This document shows positions 62,457-64,000 of a stretch of DNA of 64,000 nucleotides, in pieces. The notes below the pieces were generated by a model. It worked only from the letters and a program-made list of their open reading frames with translations. It did no database searches and was not told the origin of the DNA. Source of the DNA: Nitrospirota bacterium (GTDB lineage Bacteria; Nitrospirota; UBA9217). Positions within the stretch are counted from its first letter, which is position 1. Every line of letters starts with the position of its first letter. The position numbers were made by a program, and so were the translations under genes. The stretch lies in NCBI GenBank assembly GCA_963740085.1, contig CAVUCU010000004.1, forward strand, positions 576,001-640,000, in the 5' to 3' direction.

Positions 62457-63794
62457 TTACTTTCGCCCTATGCTGTGATAGGTGAACCCCATTTTCCTGA
62501 GTTCTGCTTTATTATAGATGTTCCTGCCATCGAAAATGAGCGGTTTCTTCAAGAGCTTTTTGATCTTCTTGAAATCGGGTGTCCGGAATTCGCTCCATTC
62601 GGTAACAACCGCAAGCGCATCCGCATCCCGGAGCATTTCATAGTCGTCATCACTGAATTGAACCCTCTTCTTAAAGATCTTGCGCGCCTCGTTCATAGCC
62701 ACCGGATCATGCGCCTTGATTTTCGCACCTGCACGAAGAAGACTGTTGATGATGACGACGGAAGGCGCTTCCCGCATATCGTCGGTGCGGGGTTTGAACG
62801 CAAGACCCCAGACGGCGATCGTCTTGCCGACGAGGGGTTTTGAGGTCTTGGCGACTTTTTTAGCTCCCATCATCGCCTCGAAATGTGCAATGATCATATC
62901 TGACAACAGCGACTTCTGATGTTCATTCACTGCTTCGACGGCTTTAAGTACCTTCGCTTCAACACCATGGTCTCGAGCAGTTTGGACCAGCGCCTTCACG
63001 TCCTTGGGAAAACATGATCCGCCATATCCCACTCCAGGGAACATAAATTCAAACCCAATGCGCTTGTCATAACCCATGCCCTTGCGCACATTGTCGATAT
63101 CGGCCCCTAAACTGGCACAGATGATCGCCATTTCATTGATAAACGATATTTTGGTCGCGAGCATGGCATTTGATGCATACTTGGTCATTTCCGCGCTCCT
63201 GATATCCATGACAAGGGTGCGGTCTCCTTTTCGAACGAATGGCGAATACACGATCTTGCATGATTTCCATTGCTCGTGCGCTATCCGTGCCAATCACAAT
63301 CGGTCAGGCTTCATGAAATCTTCGATCGCTGAGCCTTCCTTTAAAAATTCTGGATTGGAAACAACGTCAAACGCATGAGAGGTCTTATCTGCTACTGCGG
63401 TTTTGACCTTTTCAGCCGTACCGACCGGCACGGTGCTCTTGTTGACAATTACCTTATAGCCGTTCATGTGCTTGCCGATCTGACGGCTTGCATCAATCAC
63501 ATACTTAAGGTCAGCGGAGCCGTCTTCCCCCGGGGGCGTGCCCACGGCAATGAAGATGATGTCTGATCTTTTAACCGCTTTGGACATGTCCGTGGTAAAG
63601 GTCAAGCGTTCATGGGACACGTTCCGCTTGATAAGCTCTTCCAGTCCCGGCTCGTAGATGGGCAACTTTCCGGAATTAAGCATCTCGATCTTCCGTTCAT
63701 CAATGTCCATACATATGACGTCGTTGCCGCTTTCGGCAAGACAAGTGCCTGTCACCAGGCCCACATAACCGGTTCCGATTACGGATATTTTCAT
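62457..63794 (-). CDS. ugd: UDP-glucose 6-dehydrogenase, interrupted by two compensating indels
   Basis: GTGYVG, KSTVPVG, SNPEFL; [23 protein letters not shown]; both ORFs in the same frame, 1338 nt in total. Confidence 0.92.
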
Positions 63795-63886
63795 ACTACT
63801 CCTTCTCCTTGTTCAAAGCCCGTTGCGCGTGGTAAAGCTTTATGGTACGATCATTAAGAAGTATCATCTATCTCTTATACGCCTGC

Positions 63887-64000
63887 TTATGATCTCTTCA
63901 TATAGTTTTTTTCGATCCACTTCATGTACTCTCCGCTCCTGACGCTCTTTACCCAGTCGGCGTTGTTAAGGTACCAGGCGATCGTATCCTTCAAACCATT
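63887..64000 (-). CDS. rfbB: C-terminal end of dTDP-glucose 4,6-dehydratase (partial, runs off window)
   Basis: Manual translation NGLKDTIAWYLNNADWVKSVRSGEYMKWIEKNYMKRS*. Confidence 0.7.
   Translation of the reverse strand, partial: NGLKDTIAWYLNNADWVKSVRSGEYMKWIEKNYMKRS

Noticed and set aside
63294-63296. Selenocysteine or readthrough at the in-frame TGA of ugd
   Set aside because: The TGA arises inside a locally frameshifted segment; the conserved sequence is in another frame

Overview
Mostly core chromosome of a Gram-negative bacterium with moderately high GC. Gene order (pilT-pilC-pilS-pilR; ccsA-hemA-hemC-cobA/hemD-hemB; phoH-HD-ybeY-dgkA; kdsB-pyrG-kdsA-kdsD-kdsC) suggests Nitrospirota or Desulfobacterota; this is inference, no search was run. 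About 65 CDS and three tRNAs (Cys-GCA, Gly-GCC, Leu-TAA). No rRNA, CRISPR array, transposase, integrase or phage gene was recognised. Highlights: (1) a dif-like XerCD site at 53528-53555, with genes converging on it, marking the probable replication terminus; (2) a candidate ribosome-arrest leader peptide (9453-9887, ending SGLSPP-LLS) whose last codons are complementary to the Shine-Dalgarno of the next unknown gene, a SecM/MifM-like layout; (3) an unknown small membrane protein inside lolE-lolD, coupled to lolD through a probable ATA start, and a probable CTG start for pgsA; (4) several probable leaderless mRNAs; (5) many intergenic palindromes built from 7-, 8- or 9-bp periodic units, some nested; (6) frameshifts in ugd (two compensating indels) and kdsC, probably consensus errors, and a TlpA pseudogene lacking its CXXC. 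Product calls come from motif recognition in the translations, not from database hits.
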